Assembly (NCBI GenBank): GCA_965261595.1
Contig: CBDHDG010000004.1
Coordinates: 544,001-608,000 of the forward strand
Reading direction: 5' to 3'
Source: a bacterium
GTDB taxonomy: Bacteria > UBA8248 > JACPRG01 > G963555815
DNA: 64,000 nucleotides
Part shown: positions 48,272 through 59,292 of the stretch, in pieces
How positions within the stretch are numbered: the stretch's first letter is position 1
How the letters are laid out: each line of letters starts with the position of its first letter
The notes under the pieces: generated by a model
What the model saw: the letters and a program-made list of their open reading frames with translations, nothing else
The model's database searches: none
What the model was told of the DNA's origin: nothing
Translations under genes and position numbers: made by a program

Positions 48272-50326
48272 TCAAGGGATGCCCTTGGCCGTGCCCGCGT
48301 GTAGCCTCCCCCCCCCCTTCCCTTTCTTGCCAATGTGGTAATTGTGGCAGGTCAGACAGCCCTCCGGCGCCTCCGCCTTTTTGTGGCAGGCGGCGCACTC
48401 GGCTTTTTTGATCCGCTTGAAGTTCCCGTTATATTTCGCGGGATTGAAATCCTTGTACAGGTCCGCTGTATTGCGACCCGGGCGATGGCACGTGAAACAC
48501 CCCTTCCCGTCGCCCAGCGTCAGGTGCGGCGCATGGATGAAGCGGTTGAAATCCTTTCCATCGCTTCCCAGCCGCTTCTCCTCCCAGTTCACCCGGCGAA
48601 CGCCTCCGATCTTGTCAACGCTGTGGCACTTCCCGCACAGGTTCGGCAACGAGGCGGCGTCGGTCAAAGCGGTAAAAATCTTCTCCAGCGCCGAACCCCT
48701 CCGGCCCTTGACACTGAGGTCCAACCAGCCACGAACGAAGCGGTCCGCGTGACCCGTGGGCCGATAAATCAGCGAAAAATCCTCCCGGCGCCAGGCGTCC
48801 GCGGCGCTCGACCCCTCGTCGGAAGAAGCTTTCGCCTGTCTGTCTTTCTTGCCTCCCTCTCCGCCATCGGACTTCTTCTTCTCCGCCGCCTTCCAGCGGG
48901 CCATCTCGGGTTCAAGCTTGGGCAACCAGGATCGCTGGGCCTTCCGGACGACCTGAACGGGCATTTGCATGATCAGTCCAAGGGTCTCCCCTTCACTCAA
49001 TGATCGTCCAAGCGCCTTCACCAGCCGGTCTCTAAAGCCCTGCTGTCCTTTGATGGACAGGTCAAAGAGGAGCGCCTTCACCAGCCGGGCGAGCCGTCCG
49101 GCCGCGACCACTTGCTTCTCGTCGTCATCGTCATCCAGCGCCGCCTCCACCTTCGCAAAGCCGGGGTCCGACGCGAGGAGAAGACCCATAAAAGCGGTGA
49201 TTTCTTTCTCCTGGGCGTCCTCCGGCCATTCCCCCACATCCACATCGGCATCCCGGAGGGTGTCGAGATCAAGGGCCGGCAGCGTGAAGATGGGGATGCC
49301 CTCGGCGCGGATATCCGCCTCATGGCAGAAGGCGCAGCTTTCTCCGAACCCTTTCATCAACATCTCGCCGCCGGCGGGGGACCGCTCGTGGCAACGCCCG
49401 CAAGGGAGCGGATCGCCCTTTTTGAGCAGGCCTTTTTTTCTGAAGTGTTTGGGATGGGAAACGTGATCGAAGATCAGCCGAGTCCGCCGCCCATATGGAA
49501 AACGCGTGAATTCGGGGTGACTTGTCCCGAAGTCGCCATACGGGTGGGCATGGCAGGCTTGGCATCGCCGATTGTCCATGGCCGTCAGGTCGAACTTCCT
49601 GCCGCGGTGTTCTTTATGGCATACGGCGCACGCCAACTTCGCCCCGCCGGTTTGCCCCCCCCTCAAATCGAGCAGGAAGCCAGGAATAGGGCCGGTGAGC
49701 CGCCGGCCGGGGGGGGGGCGCTTCCGGATTTTCGAGGTGATCCGAGCCAACTTCTCGGGCGAAGACGTGTGCGGCCTCAGGGCCTGATCGCCCAGGGTGT
49801 GGCAGCCCAGACAAAGCCCGCTGTCATCCCGCGCGGATCCGGACGTCATGGCGGCCCGGACCCACTTCGTCAAGCCCCCTTGAAACACCGCGTGGCAATT
49901 CTCGCAGCGTCGTCCGACCGTGCCGTGGTGCACGGTCAACGGGCCCGGTGAGATGAATTCCCGACCGGCATCGCCAGAGAGGAGCAGGAAGATGAGGCCG
50001 AACATGAGCGCCGACGCCCAGCGCGAGAGCGCCCCGCGGCGGGCCCTTGCGTTCAGAACCGGCCGGCAGGGCGGAACGACACTTGAGCAAGCGCCGTCGG
50101 GCAGCGGGCCCGCATCGCACGCCCCGCCGAAGGCGCTCGCACGCGCACATTTCCACCGGGCTCCGTTTTTTTTGGGCGCGCACTCGCGAGCGGCCATGCA
50201 CCGGCCCTTGCGATCCGGTCCGATGCCGCAGGCCTTCCCCTCGGCCGCCCATCCGCAGACCCACTTCTGGGTCGGGCGCTCGTAATGAGATTGATCGAAC
50301 CTGTAATCTTGCAAGCGCCGGCTCAT
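48272..50326 (-). CDS. Membrane-anchored decaheme c-type cytochrome
   Basis: 10 CxxCH motifs (CENCH, CLGCH, CAVCH, CQACH, CGRCH, CAFCH, CGKCH, CFTCH, CAACH, CLTCH). Cys-rich N-terminus then a TM helix; ATGA-coupled to the upstream gene. Confidence 0.88.
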   Translation of the reverse strand: MSRRLQDYRFDQSHYERPTQKWVCGWAAEGKACGIGPDRKGRCMAARECAPKKNGARWKCARASAFGGACDAGPLPDGACSSVVPPCRPVLNARARRGALSRWASALMFGLIFLLLSGDAGREFISPGPLTVHHGTVGRRCENCHAVFQGGLTKWVRAAMTSGSARDDSGLCLGCHTLGDQALRPHTSSPEKLARITSKIRKRPPPGRRLTGPIPGFLLDLRGGQTGGAKLACAVCHKEHRGRKFDLTAMDNRRCQACHAHPYGDFGTSHPEFTRFPYGRRTRLIFDHVSHPKHFRKKGLLKKGDPLPCGRCHERSPAGGEMLMKGFGESCAFCHEADIRAEGIPIFTLPALDLDTLRDADVDVGEWPEDAQEKEITAFMGLLLASDPGFAKVEAALDDDDDEKQVVAAGRLARLVKALLFDLSIKGQQGFRDRLVKALGRSLSEGETLGLIMQMPVQVVRKAQRSWLPKLEPEMARWKAAEKKKSDGGEGGKKDRQAKASSDEGSSAADAWRREDFSLIYRPTGHADRFVRGWLDLSVKGRRGSALEKIFTALTDAASLPNLCGKCHSVDKIGGVRRVNWEEKRLGSDGKDFNRFIHAPHLTLGDGKGCFTCHRPGRNTADLYKDFNPAKYNGNFKRIKKAECAACHKKAEAPEGCLTCHNYHIGKKGKGGGRLHAGTAKGIP

Positions 50327-51144
50327 GGATTTCCAACCGAGAAGGCGTAGACGAAGACGACGTGCGCAAGGGCCAGGATCAACAGGCAGTAGGTCAGCGG
50401 AACATGGAAAAACAGCCACCGCTTCAGCATCGCTTGCAGGGCGTACTGGTGGTCCAGGTGATCTTTTTGCCGCACGAGCTCAACCAAGTCGTCCATGTGG
50501 CGCTTTTGTTTCTCGTTCAGATAACGCCGCAAACCGGCGCTATCCTCCAAAAGAGCGTGGAGAGGGCCGTTCGACTGCAAGAGGTGCAACCAGAAGTTGC
50601 GCGGGCCGGCGAAGAAAGGCAAGAGCCGGTCGGCGTAAAAGTCCGCGATCGTCGTCGACTTCCCTTCCTCGGCGGATCGAACGACCAGGGCCTCCGCCTC
50701 CTCCCGCAACCGGCGGCGAAGCTCGGGGATTCGCTCGAAGATGACCTCTTCCCCATGACGGGCGAGACGGGGCGCGAATCGTCGTGAGATCCGAAGGCCG
50801 AACACGCCGCTGGCCGCCGCGCCCAGATACAACAGGGCCAGCGTTGTCTCCAAAGGCCCGTTCGGCGCCCGGAACCCCACGTGAAGCAGGAACAGGAGAA
50901 TCGAGAACCACCCGACATTCAAGTGGACCTGGAGCCAGACGGAGGAAGACCCAAGCGGAAGAAAGGGAAGTTTTTTGCGGACGTTATAGACGGCGAGGAA
51001 GACGATGGCCGCCAGCAGAACCGAGCCGCTCAGAAATTGGGAGCGCAGAAGGGTCGAAGAATATGCGCGATCAACCGCAAGGGCGAGAAGGGAGAAAACG
51101 ATGAGGATCGACAAGCTGAGCCACCGGCGGGCGGCGAAGGTCAT
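50323..51144 (-). CDS. Multi-pass membrane protein with His residues in TM helices (cytochrome b-like partner)
   Basis: WLQVH, LLHVG, WLFFHVP and LAHV; ATG 51144 overlaps the reconstructed stop of the Fe-S gene. Confidence 0.75.
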   Translation of the reverse strand: MTFAARRWLSLSILIVFSLLALAVDRAYSSTLLRSQFLSGSVLLAAIVFLAVYNVRKKLPFLPLGSSSVWLQVHLNVGWFSILLFLLHVGFRAPNGPLETTLALLYLGAAASGVFGLRISRRFAPRLARHGEEVIFERIPELRRRLREEAEALVVRSAEEGKSTTIADFYADRLLPFFAGPRNFWLHLLQSNGPLHALLEDSAGLRRYLNEKQKRHMDDLVELVRQKDHLDHQYALQAMLKRWLFFHVPLTYCLLILALAHVVFVYAFSVGNP

Positions 51145-51228
51145 CACCGGTTGACCCATTTCAAAAGGGACTTATATATTTGGGTTAATATCGGAGGTAT
51201 AGACTCAAAATTCGAGAAAGGAAAACCA

Positions 51229-51546
51229 TCATGAGTCAAGATCTTTCAGATTACAAATCGCATCCTGAAGGGCTTCAACGAGACCCTGTGCTTGCTCAAT
51301 CGTTAGGCCATAAGGCGGAGAACTGGACGTTGGTTCGGAAGATCTCGTTATCGGAAGAGGAGCTGAATCAATCAATACGAGAATTTTGCGAATGCCTGCA
51401 TGTTGAAGGACGCGAAGATTTGATATGACATGAATGTCATCCGAATCGATCAAGGGCACCATAACTATCTCTCTCCCTGGACGCACCTTCGCCCTTGACA
51501 AGAGGGGAGAGAATCCGCATGTTTGGGAGTACTTGGTTTCTCCCAT
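51229..51546 (-). CDS. Hypothetical passenger protein
   Basis: ORF inside the element with an amphipathic C-terminal helix; start uncertain. Confidence 0.35.
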   Translation of the reverse strand: MGETKYSQTCGFSPLLSRAKVRPGREIVMVPLIDSDDIHVISNLRVLQHAGIRKILVLIDSAPLPITRSSEPTSSSPPYGLTIEQAQGLVEALQDAICNLKDLDS

Positions 51547-51621
51547 ATACGGATTCTCAGTATTGAGAGCCCCGCATGGCCGCGGGGCTCTCGCACGTCT
51601 GGCGACGATTATACCATAGGC

Positions 51622-52746
51622 CTACTGCTTCCCAGCCCCGAAGGCCCCAAGAAATACGGCGTCACTTCCACCGTGTGTTGAGAACTCTCCCCCGAACGTT
51701 CCCGCCACCAACCGTGGGTCCCCTTCGGCATCCTGAATACTGGAGAATCGGCCTCCCCAGCTCCCGCTCGAGTTTCTCACTGGTGTATCTTGGCTCGTCG
51801 CGGTCACATTGTTCTGGGTGAAAGAGCCATCATTAGATATCGGAGCCGCGCCGAGCCTAACCTCGAAGTCCGACGGGACACTATAAAACCCAACGGTTCT
51901 CCCGGTGACACCATCCTGGGCCGCACCGCTGAGCAGAATGCCCCCATCGCAACCGACGCATCCGCTGATCGTCATGTTGCCGAAGTCCGCGGTGAGCTTG
52001 GCGATACCGGAAAATTCCCCCACTGCTGCGCTCCCGACGGAGAACCCGGATGAAAGGGCTTCAGTGCCATAGATGATGGCATACATCCCTGCGGCCGTAC
52101 CCCTGTAGCTCGCGGTTCCTTGAATCGGTAGAGTCGCTGGATTCGACGAGTCGATCTCAGGGCCGTCAATGAACGCGCCCACTCCGACATTCGTGACCTC
52201 GCCAGCCAAGACATTCCCTTCAACGTTCAACCAGTAGCCGCCGGCCAGGTAATCATTGGTATTGCCGTCAGCCCAATCGACAGCCACCCTTCCTATCGTG
52301 ATCGAGAAGCTGGTGTCGGCGCTTCCCGAGATATCGATAACACCCCAATCGCGACCCGATCTGCCTTCCAGGCCTAAAATGGAGGGTCCAACGCCCTGAT
52401 CCTCGACTGCTTTAGCCGTGTCGAGCCTGATCGGACCTCCGGCAGCACGTTGCGCCGACACGGTCAGTCTCTGGCCGTTGAAGCTCGATGATATTCCTGT
52501 CAACGTTTCGTTCGACTGGAATACGCTGCCGAACCGGGGCCGGGAGTTCGCGGCGCGCGCCGCCTCGTCGAGAATTTCTTCCGGATCGGACGTCTGAATG
52601 TCTCTCGTTGAAATCTCTGGTGGCGGTGGTTCGACCGGTGCCGACGGCGTCATTTCAGCTGGGTGCAGCGATGAGCCTCCGCCCCCTCCACCGCCACAAC
52701 CGAAAAGCAGAATCGCTGTGAACAGAATCGCTACGATGTGTCTCAT
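51622..52746 (-). CDS. Surface lipoprotein with TbpB-like C-terminal barrel
   Basis: Lipobox LFG-C, poly-Gly linker, GTASYRG.AAG, LTADF, GSWGGRF and GAFGA. Confidence 0.75.
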   Translation of the reverse strand: MRHIVAILFTAILLFGCGGGGGGGSSLHPAEMTPSAPVEPPPPEISTRDIQTSDPEEILDEAARAANSRPRFGSVFQSNETLTGISSSFNGQRLTVSAQRAAGGPIRLDTAKAVEDQGVGPSILGLEGRSGRDWGVIDISGSADTSFSITIGRVAVDWADGNTNDYLAGGYWLNVEGNVLAGEVTNVGVGAFIDGPEIDSSNPATLPIQGTASYRGTAAGMYAIIYGTEALSSGFSVGSAAVGEFSGIAKLTADFGNMTISGCVGCDGGILLSGAAQDGVTGRTVGFYSVPSDFEVRLGAAPISNDGSFTQNNVTATSQDTPVRNSSGSWGGRFSSIQDAEGDPRLVAGTFGGEFSTHGGSDAVFLGAFGAGKQ

Positions 52747-53012
52747 GGAATTCTCCATCCTGATGAATTTCACCGTGCCGGGCACACACGTGCCGGTCCG
52801 TTGCCAACACCTCCAGGAAACCTGATACCCCCGTCTATTCACCGGGCCTTGGGAGCTACCCCGAGCCGGACAGAGGGCTGTTGCATTCAGCGGGTAACCC
52901 GGCGAAGCCGGATTCCGACAGATGTTGGCTGGAGAAAAGTCTAGGTTCCCCCGCTCTAGGGTTTTGTTGGACACTCGATTGATCCATGATTCATGGAGAA
53001 AGGGGTGTCGCG

Positions 53013-53399
53013 ATGAACGAACAAAAGCAAGAGGGGGCTTTGGCGGAGGGCGCCCGCAGGGCGAACGGAGCCAAGGCCCCAGGGCATCGCAGTGAGCGGG
53101 GTCGGTTCTCCTGCCAGCGCAAGCGGGAGGCGGTCCTGCGTCTTTTGCGGGGCGAGAGCCTGGAGACGCTCTGCCGCGAGTTGGGCACGACAGCGGCTCG
53201 GCTTTCCGCCTGGCGCGAGGCGTTCCTTCGCGGGGGCGAGGCGGCGCTCAAAGCTCGCCCGGCGGATGAGCGGGCCGAGGAGAACGCCCGGCTCAAGGCC
53301 AAGGTGGGCGAACTCACGATGGAGGGCGAGGTCCTGCGGGAGAAGATCGACCGCCTGGAGGCCGGCCGCCCTTTAGCCGGCAGGAGGTGGAGGCGATGA
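53013..53399 (+). CDS. IS3-family transposase OrfA
   Basis: As copy 1. Confidence 0.85.
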   Translation: MNEQKQEGALAEGARRANGAKAPGHRSERGRFSCQRKREAVLRLLRGESLETLCRELGTTAARLSAWREAFLRGGEAALKARPADERAEENARLKAKVGELTMEGEVLREKIDRLEAGRPLAGRRWRR

Positions 53400-54304
53400 G
53401 TCAGGCCCGCTTCACCTCCACGGGCAGAGCCTACGGCCTGAAGCGGGTGTGCGCCCTTTGGGGCTTGGCGCGCTCCACGGTCTACGCGCAACGGCGGCGA
53501 GAGGCGGTCCCCGTTCATGAACGCCCCACGCCCAATAAGCGCGGCCCTGTGGGCCCGTGCACCGATGCGGAACTCCTCGGTCACATCCGGCAGGTCCTGG
53601 AGGACTCTCCCTTCCATGGCGAGGGCTACCGCAAGGTGTGGGCGAGGCTGCGCTTCGCGGGCATCCGCACCAGCAAGGAGCGGGTGCGTCGCCTGATGCG
53701 GGAGGCGGGGCTTCAGGCCCCCCACCGGGTGGGCAAACCCCGAGGTCCCAAGGCCCACAACGGGACCATCCGCACCGAGCGGCCCGACCGAATGTGGGGC
53801 ACGGACATGACGACGACGGTGACCACCGAGGAGGGGATGGCCTCGGTGTTCGTGGCGGTGGATCACTGCTCGGTGGACTGCGTGGGGATCCATGCGGCCA
53901 AGAGCGGCAACCGCTTCGAGGCCCTGGAGCCGATCCGGCAGGGGGTCGCCGAGCGCTTCGCCGGCTTGGAGGCGGACGTCGCCGAGGGGCTTAAAGTTCG
54001 TCACGACCACGGCCCCGCCTATCTGTCCGATGACTTTCAGCGGGAGATCGCCTACCTGGGCATGACCAGTTCGCCCAGCTTCGTGCGGGCGCCCGAGGGA
54101 AATGGCTACTGTGAGTGGTTCATCCGCATCTTGAAGGAGAATCTCCTGTGGGTGCGCTCTTTCGCCACCGTAGAGGAACTGCGGTGGGCGCTGCTTGAGT
54201 TCAAGAACCTGTACAACCATCATTGGATTCTCGAGGGCTACGGCTACCGAACGCCGGCCCAGGCAAGGCAGGAAAAACTCGCTCAAGTTGCGGAGGCCGC
54301 ATGA
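53396..54304 (+). CDS. IS3-family transposase OrfB
   Basis: As copy 1. Confidence 0.9.
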   Translation: MSQARFTSTGRAYGLKRVCALWGLARSTVYAQRRREAVPVHERPTPNKRGPVGPCTDAELLGHIRQVLEDSPFHGEGYRKVWARLRFAGIRTSKERVRRLMREAGLQAPHRVGKPRGPKAHNGTIRTERPDRMWGTDMTTTVTTEEGMASVFVAVDHCSVDCVGIHAAKSGNRFEALEPIRQGVAERFAGLEADVAEGLKVRHDHGPAYLSDDFQREIAYLGMTSSPSFVRAPEGNGYCEWFIRILKENLLWVRSFATVEELRWALLEFKNLYNHHWILEGYGYRTPAQARQEKLAQVAEAA

Positions 54305-54407
54305 GGTCGAATACCCTCACCCGAGTGTCCAATAACCCAGGGGCGGTCCAAGGTCAGGGTGATGGGAGAGTCAATGAGATTGGCCAATCTTATTTGTGGC
54401 AGTGTCG

Positions 54408-56137
54408 TCACATTAGCCCAAATATATAAGTCCCTTTCAAAAGCCCATCCCCATCCCGCAAGTCCATGCGAATCAACGCATCGTGCGGGCAGGCCCGCTG
54501 GCAGGCGGGGCCGCCCATCTGGTCGATGCACAGGTCGCATTTCGTCGCCTTCTCAATCGGAAGGTTCGTTTCCTGGTCCAAGAAGAGGTTTCCTTTCGGG
54601 TCTTGGATCGGGACCATCCGGATGTTGTCATAGGGACAACTGTTCGCGCAGGTCGAGCACCCGATGCAGGTGGCGTCGTTGATGACGACCTGCCCGCCAT
54701 CGCGGTCGCGATGGATCGCTCCAGTCGGGCAACCAATCATACACACCGGATCGATGCAGTGCATGCACGCGCTCGCGATCATGTAACGGCCGTCCCGCTT
54801 CCCGTGTCGGATGAAGCGCGGGTTGTTGTCGTGCGTCTCCGCGCAGGCCCGGACACATTCGTCGCACCGGGTGCATCGATCCAGGTCGATGACCATGGCG
54901 GCCATCCCGTTGATGAACCGGTTGTCGACGAGAAACTCTTGGAAGCCGATTTCAAGCTCCGCGCCTTTTCGCGCGTCCCGCCAGGCCGATCGGGCGGCCG
55001 GACGAGGCGTGACCCTCGGCGGGAGCGTCTCCTTCGGCAGCGTCGGGAGGACATACTTCTCAATGATGGCCGTCGGCACACGTAAAACACCGACGAATCC
55101 CACGGCCCGCAAGGTCTTTTGAAGAGGAACCGCCTCGCCGAATTGCCAGTTGTGGGCGATTTCCTCGAAGCCGAACGTCGCCCCCCGGCCCAGATAGCTG
55201 ACCGTCCGGTGGCCGCTTTCGATGACCTCGGAGAGTCGCGCGAAACCCGTGCGGATCAGAATCAACCCGTCGGCGTAGTGCCCCTCCTGGGCGATGACGG
55301 GTTCGTCCTCAAGCCGCTCGGCCGCCTCTTTGGCGGCCAGGGACTTGAACGTTCCATACCAGTCGAAGGTCCCATATGTCTCGAAAAGGACGCTGTCCGC
55401 GACCACCTTTTGGTCTTCCTCGTTGAGCCGGCGGAACTCGGGAAGCTCATTCAGATAGACTTTCAGGCTGCGTTCCCGGTAGAGCCGATCGATGTATTTC
55501 CGCACCCCGTCGTCCCAGCGCCGGATATCGCGCAGCCCCTGCCATCGAACCTCGAGGAGCACGCACTCGCCGTCGGCGAAGACCGTCGGCGTCCGCGGGT
55601 GCCGGCCCAACGCCGCAAGTTCGCCGAACAACGTGCCCGCATGAAGGGGGGTGCTTTTGTATCGATCCAAAATGGCGGGTACGTCCTGAAGGAAAATACG
55701 CGTGTCCCGGCCCTCGCCCGACTGGGCGAAACCGCCGGACCTGTTGTGTTTCACCCGCTCCGGACTTCGGGAAGCCGGGGGTTCGACCAAAGCTGGCCGA
55801 GGGCCCGGAAGAAACCTTTCCCCTGGGGCTCGCGCCGTCCGAGGAGCGACTCCTCCAGAGGATCGATGGCGACGCGGACGGACCCCTCCAGGACCAGGAA
55901 GGCGGAATGTCCGTAATCTCCCCGGCGCACGATGATCTCGCCGTCATGGCACCTCAGGATGCGCGAGTCGTTCTTCAGGATGTCGCGAATCGGCGCGCCC
56001 GGAGGGAAGTTGGCGAGATCGACTTGATCGAGCGGCGGCTTCGTCAAGAGCCAATCGATGTCCGCGTCGGACATTTCGGCCGAAAACGGCTCGTCCCGCA
56101 TCTGAGGGCGCTTTATGGCTAGGGGTTCAGCCGGCAT
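54408..56137 (-). pseudogene. Tandem cNMP-binding + DmsB/NrfC-like 4x[4Fe-4S] protein, frameshifted
   Basis: FGELAAL..HPR and FGFEE; CxxCxxCxxxC, CMHC..PVC..GCP, CIGCSTCANSCP and KCDLC...PAC..ACP; shift near 55760. Confidence 0.85.
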
Positions 56138-56174
56138 GCGAGGCAATCTTGCGATTCGGGTGGAACTGCCCGGG

Positions 56175-57219
56175 CTATGGCGCTGGAGTCCCCTTGTACG
56201 CATTCGCTTGGGGAATCATCGGATCCAGGGCCGCCCACGCATCGCCGTTCGAGGGGTCAGACAGCTTCTTCGCCCCCTCGGGAACCTTCTCGGCGGCCGC
56301 AAGAAGAGCGTCTGAATGATTCGGTTTGAGCTCCACCGCGGACACGGCGGCCAGGATCGCGTCGATCTCGGTCACCTTGACCAGCCCAGCCGCACGTTTC
56401 AGGGACTCGATTGCGGCCGCCGCGCGCGCCGCCATCCTCTGGGCGTACACCCCATCGGCGCCGGCCTTGGCCAACCCGCGCAGGTTGTACTCCAGCTTCA
56501 CAGCCTGGCCGACGAGAAAGAGAACCCGCTTGACCTCCACCGAGGCCTCGGCGTTCCGCTTTCCTTCAGAGGCGACGAAGTTGTGGAGGACCTCGCCCTG
56601 CGACCATGCGACGAGCTCGAAATCGCTTCCGGGCGGATGGCTCCCCACGTTCACCAGCTTCTCATTGGGGACGGTGTGGCACCCCAAACAGCCCGAGGCG
56701 AGACGAGTAGATCTCGACGGGCCGGATCATGCCGGCCGCTTTTATTTTCGCGAGCCGCATTTCTCTGTGCCCGGGGGTTTCATCTTTTTTTGCTATGTTG
56801 TCGTCGTCCCCGAATTTCTGATGAACGTCCACCCAGTCAACGGCCGCCCCGTGGCAGGACTCGCAGGAGACGCCCGCAATGGCTTTTGTCCGATTCCCTC
56901 TCGGTATCGAGGTGTAGTGGCAGCCCGCGCAAAAACCCCGTTTGATGAGCCTGACGTTCATCGCCTTGGCGATCTTTCGGCTCACCTTGCGCCGCGGATT
57001 CTTCGTCAAACTCCGGAATCCTTTGGCGTGCTTTGACGCCTTCCACGCTTTCACCGCGGACTCATGGCATTGGCCGCACTTTTTGGGTCCGACCACCTTC
57101 TTCGGGTCCGGGGCGGCCGTGGCTGTCCCCGCCAGTGCGCCGCACACCAGACCCAAGGCGGCGGCGATCCAAAGGCGGCGGCATCCCAAACCCAACAGGA
57201 AATATTTTCCGCTAAACAT
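56175..57219 (-). pseudogene. Tetraheme cytochrome c554-family protein, frameshifted
   Basis: Signal peptide; CGQCH, CAGCH, CESCHG, and CLGCH after a 1-nt insertion near 56706. Confidence 0.85.
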
Positions 57220-57359
57220 CACTGACCCTCTATCGTTTGCGCCGGATATCAATGCCTGAAAACGGGCAATTTTTGGTATCCAGCTTCAAATGCCAATTTG
57301 CCGTTCCGCAATTTAGGCCATCAGGGTGTGCTGTCGGGTCTCCGCCCAGCCGTTTAAAG

Positions 57360-57375
57360 AGCACAAATTGTGCCA
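57360..57375 (-). promoter_or_regulatory. Putative sigma54 promoter for the leftward cytochrome operon
   Basis: TGGCACAATTTGTGCT (GG-N10-GC), about 140 bp upstream of the c554-like gene. Confidence 0.55.
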
Positions 57376-57442
57376 CAAATCCGCGTCCCCCCGCAAGCTA
57401 TTTTGCCCCAGCGCCTTATGAGACTCGCATGCGGGGAAACGC

Positions 57443-58733
57443 TCACGCCTCCAACGTCAGATCGGCCTTGGGGACGGAAATACAAGTCAGACAGGATCCT
57501 TCCTCCGGAATCGCGCCGGGCTCCTGAAGGTAGTCCACCTCCCCTTCTTTCACAGCCGTAAGACAGGTTCCGCAATTTCCCGCCTGGCAGCCGGAGTTCA
57601 TGGCGATTCCGTTGCTGAGGGCGAAGTCCAGAAGGGAGCCGATCGAGTGATCCCAAGGCAGGGTTTTGTCGCTTTTGGCGAACGTGACTTCAATCCCGGG
57701 CCCGGCTTCCGCCTCGGGCGCCCCGGGCGGGGTCCCCTTCTTTTTCACGCCGGCGGGCCCGAAGGCCTCGTGGTGGACCCTGCTCTCGGGCACGCCCCAC
57801 TCATCGAGCTGCTTGGTGATCGCGTCCATCATGGGGCCCGGCCCGCAGATATAGAAGTCATAGTTGTTCGAGGGAAGCAGCCGTTTGAAGAGATCGACCC
57901 CCACCCACCCGCTGTGGCAGTGGTCCCCGCCCTCCACGTCGCCCTCCTCGGGCTCGCTGTAACACACATGGAGGCGGACGTTCTCGTTCTCGGCCGCGAT
58001 CCGCTCGAGGTGCTCTTTGAAGATGCACTCCTTCCCGTTCCGCACGCCCAAGAACATCCACGCCTCGCGCCGCGATCCCGACTGGACGACGGCGTTCAAT
58101 ATGCTCAGAAGCGGAGTGATTCCAATTCCGCCGGCGATCAGGACGATCGGACGCGATTCGCTCATGTCGATATAGAAAACCCCCCTCGGCGCCATGACGT
58201 CGAGGATGTCGCCCTCTTTCAAGCGGTCGTGGAAGAAGCTGGAGGCCGCCCCGGGCGGCGCGTCGGGCTGATCAGGGGGCGGCGGGATTTTTTTGATGGT
58301 GACGCGGTACTGGATTGGAGGAATTCGCGCAATCCGACAGCGAATAGCACCGGACCACCTTCCTCTCGTCACTTTGACCCTCCCCATGGAGGTTGAGGTC
58401 GAATGTGAGGTATTGGCCCGGTTTGAATGAGGGCAGCGGCTTTCCATCGTGCGGCGCGAGGAGGAAAGAGTAGACGTCCCGGCATTCCGGAACTTTTTTC
58501 TGGATCCGGAATTTTCGGTTGCCGGCCGAAGCGTGCTCACCGCTCGCAACCTCGCCGGCGACGCCTTTGGCAATCTCGACCTGGCGACGGAGCAACTCCC
58601 GCGCGAGCCTTTGCTGGCCCCTGTCGTGGGCCAGCCGATTCAGCGACGAGAACAAGAGGATCGCAACCTGGATCAGGACCGCCGCAACGATGACGGCGCC
58701 CACGATTTGGATGACGTTGAGCGATGGCGTCAA
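57443..58733 (-). pseudogene. Membrane-anchored FAD/NAD(P)H oxidoreductase with C-terminal [2Fe-2S] ferredoxin, frameshifted
   Basis: N-terminal TM; FKPGQY, RCYSL, AGGIGITP, YICGPGPMM, EAFG and CQAGNCGTC...C; extra base near 58312. Confidence 0.87.
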
Positions 58734-59176
58734 GCCCGCCCTCCCTCCGATGTGATGCCCATAAACGGAATGAAGCCGGAACACGTTCGCGGAAAGAACA
58801 AAAGCGCCCAGCTCGTTGTCCTCCCAGTGCATATTATATTTGTTTCTTTCTGACTACCAGAGATTTGCAGCGGAACCGACGGCCGGGAGAGGGGAAGGGC
58901 CGGATTTCGGATTATCTCCACCATAACTCGGTGTTCTGTGATTCACATTCAGGCCGAACCCCCGCAAGTGATTGCGTTTGAACCCGGTGACCGGGAGGGG
59001 GGGGGAGGAAAATCCTCCGCAGGGAGAACAATCGTTCCGGGTTGTTTATCCAAAACATTGAAATTCTTTCGTACATCCCCCCCACGACCCAGGTGGGACA
59101 CGCAAAACGCGTGATGTCTGAGAGGAAACCGGCCACGACACGGCCAAACAGGCGGGACAGCCCAACACCCCCGGCG

Positions 59177-59192
59177 CGGAATCGAAATTGCA
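59177..59192 (+). promoter_or_regulatory. Possible sigma54 promoter for the rightward operon
   Basis: CGGAATCGAAATTGCA (GG-N10-GC with TTGCA). Confidence 0.35.
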
Positions 59193-59292
59193 TAATTCAA
59201 CAGATGGATTACAATACAAAGTGAGGAAGACAACCGACTGGACGACCGCACCCCAATCCAACATCCGGGCTTCCGGCCGCAGGGAGGTGAGA

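Larger units (their letters stand above)
52947..54350 (+). mobile_element. IS3-family IS, copy 8
   Basis: Same ends; TSD AGGT. Confidence 0.95.
51167..54434. mobile_element. Non-autonomous IS1595-type element carrying a lipoprotein gene (contains IS3 copy 8)
   Basis: IR GGGACTTATATATTTGGG(T/C)TAAT, 22/23 identical (51167-51189 / 54412-54434); 8-bp TSD TTTCAAAA; no cognate transposase. Confidence 0.88.
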
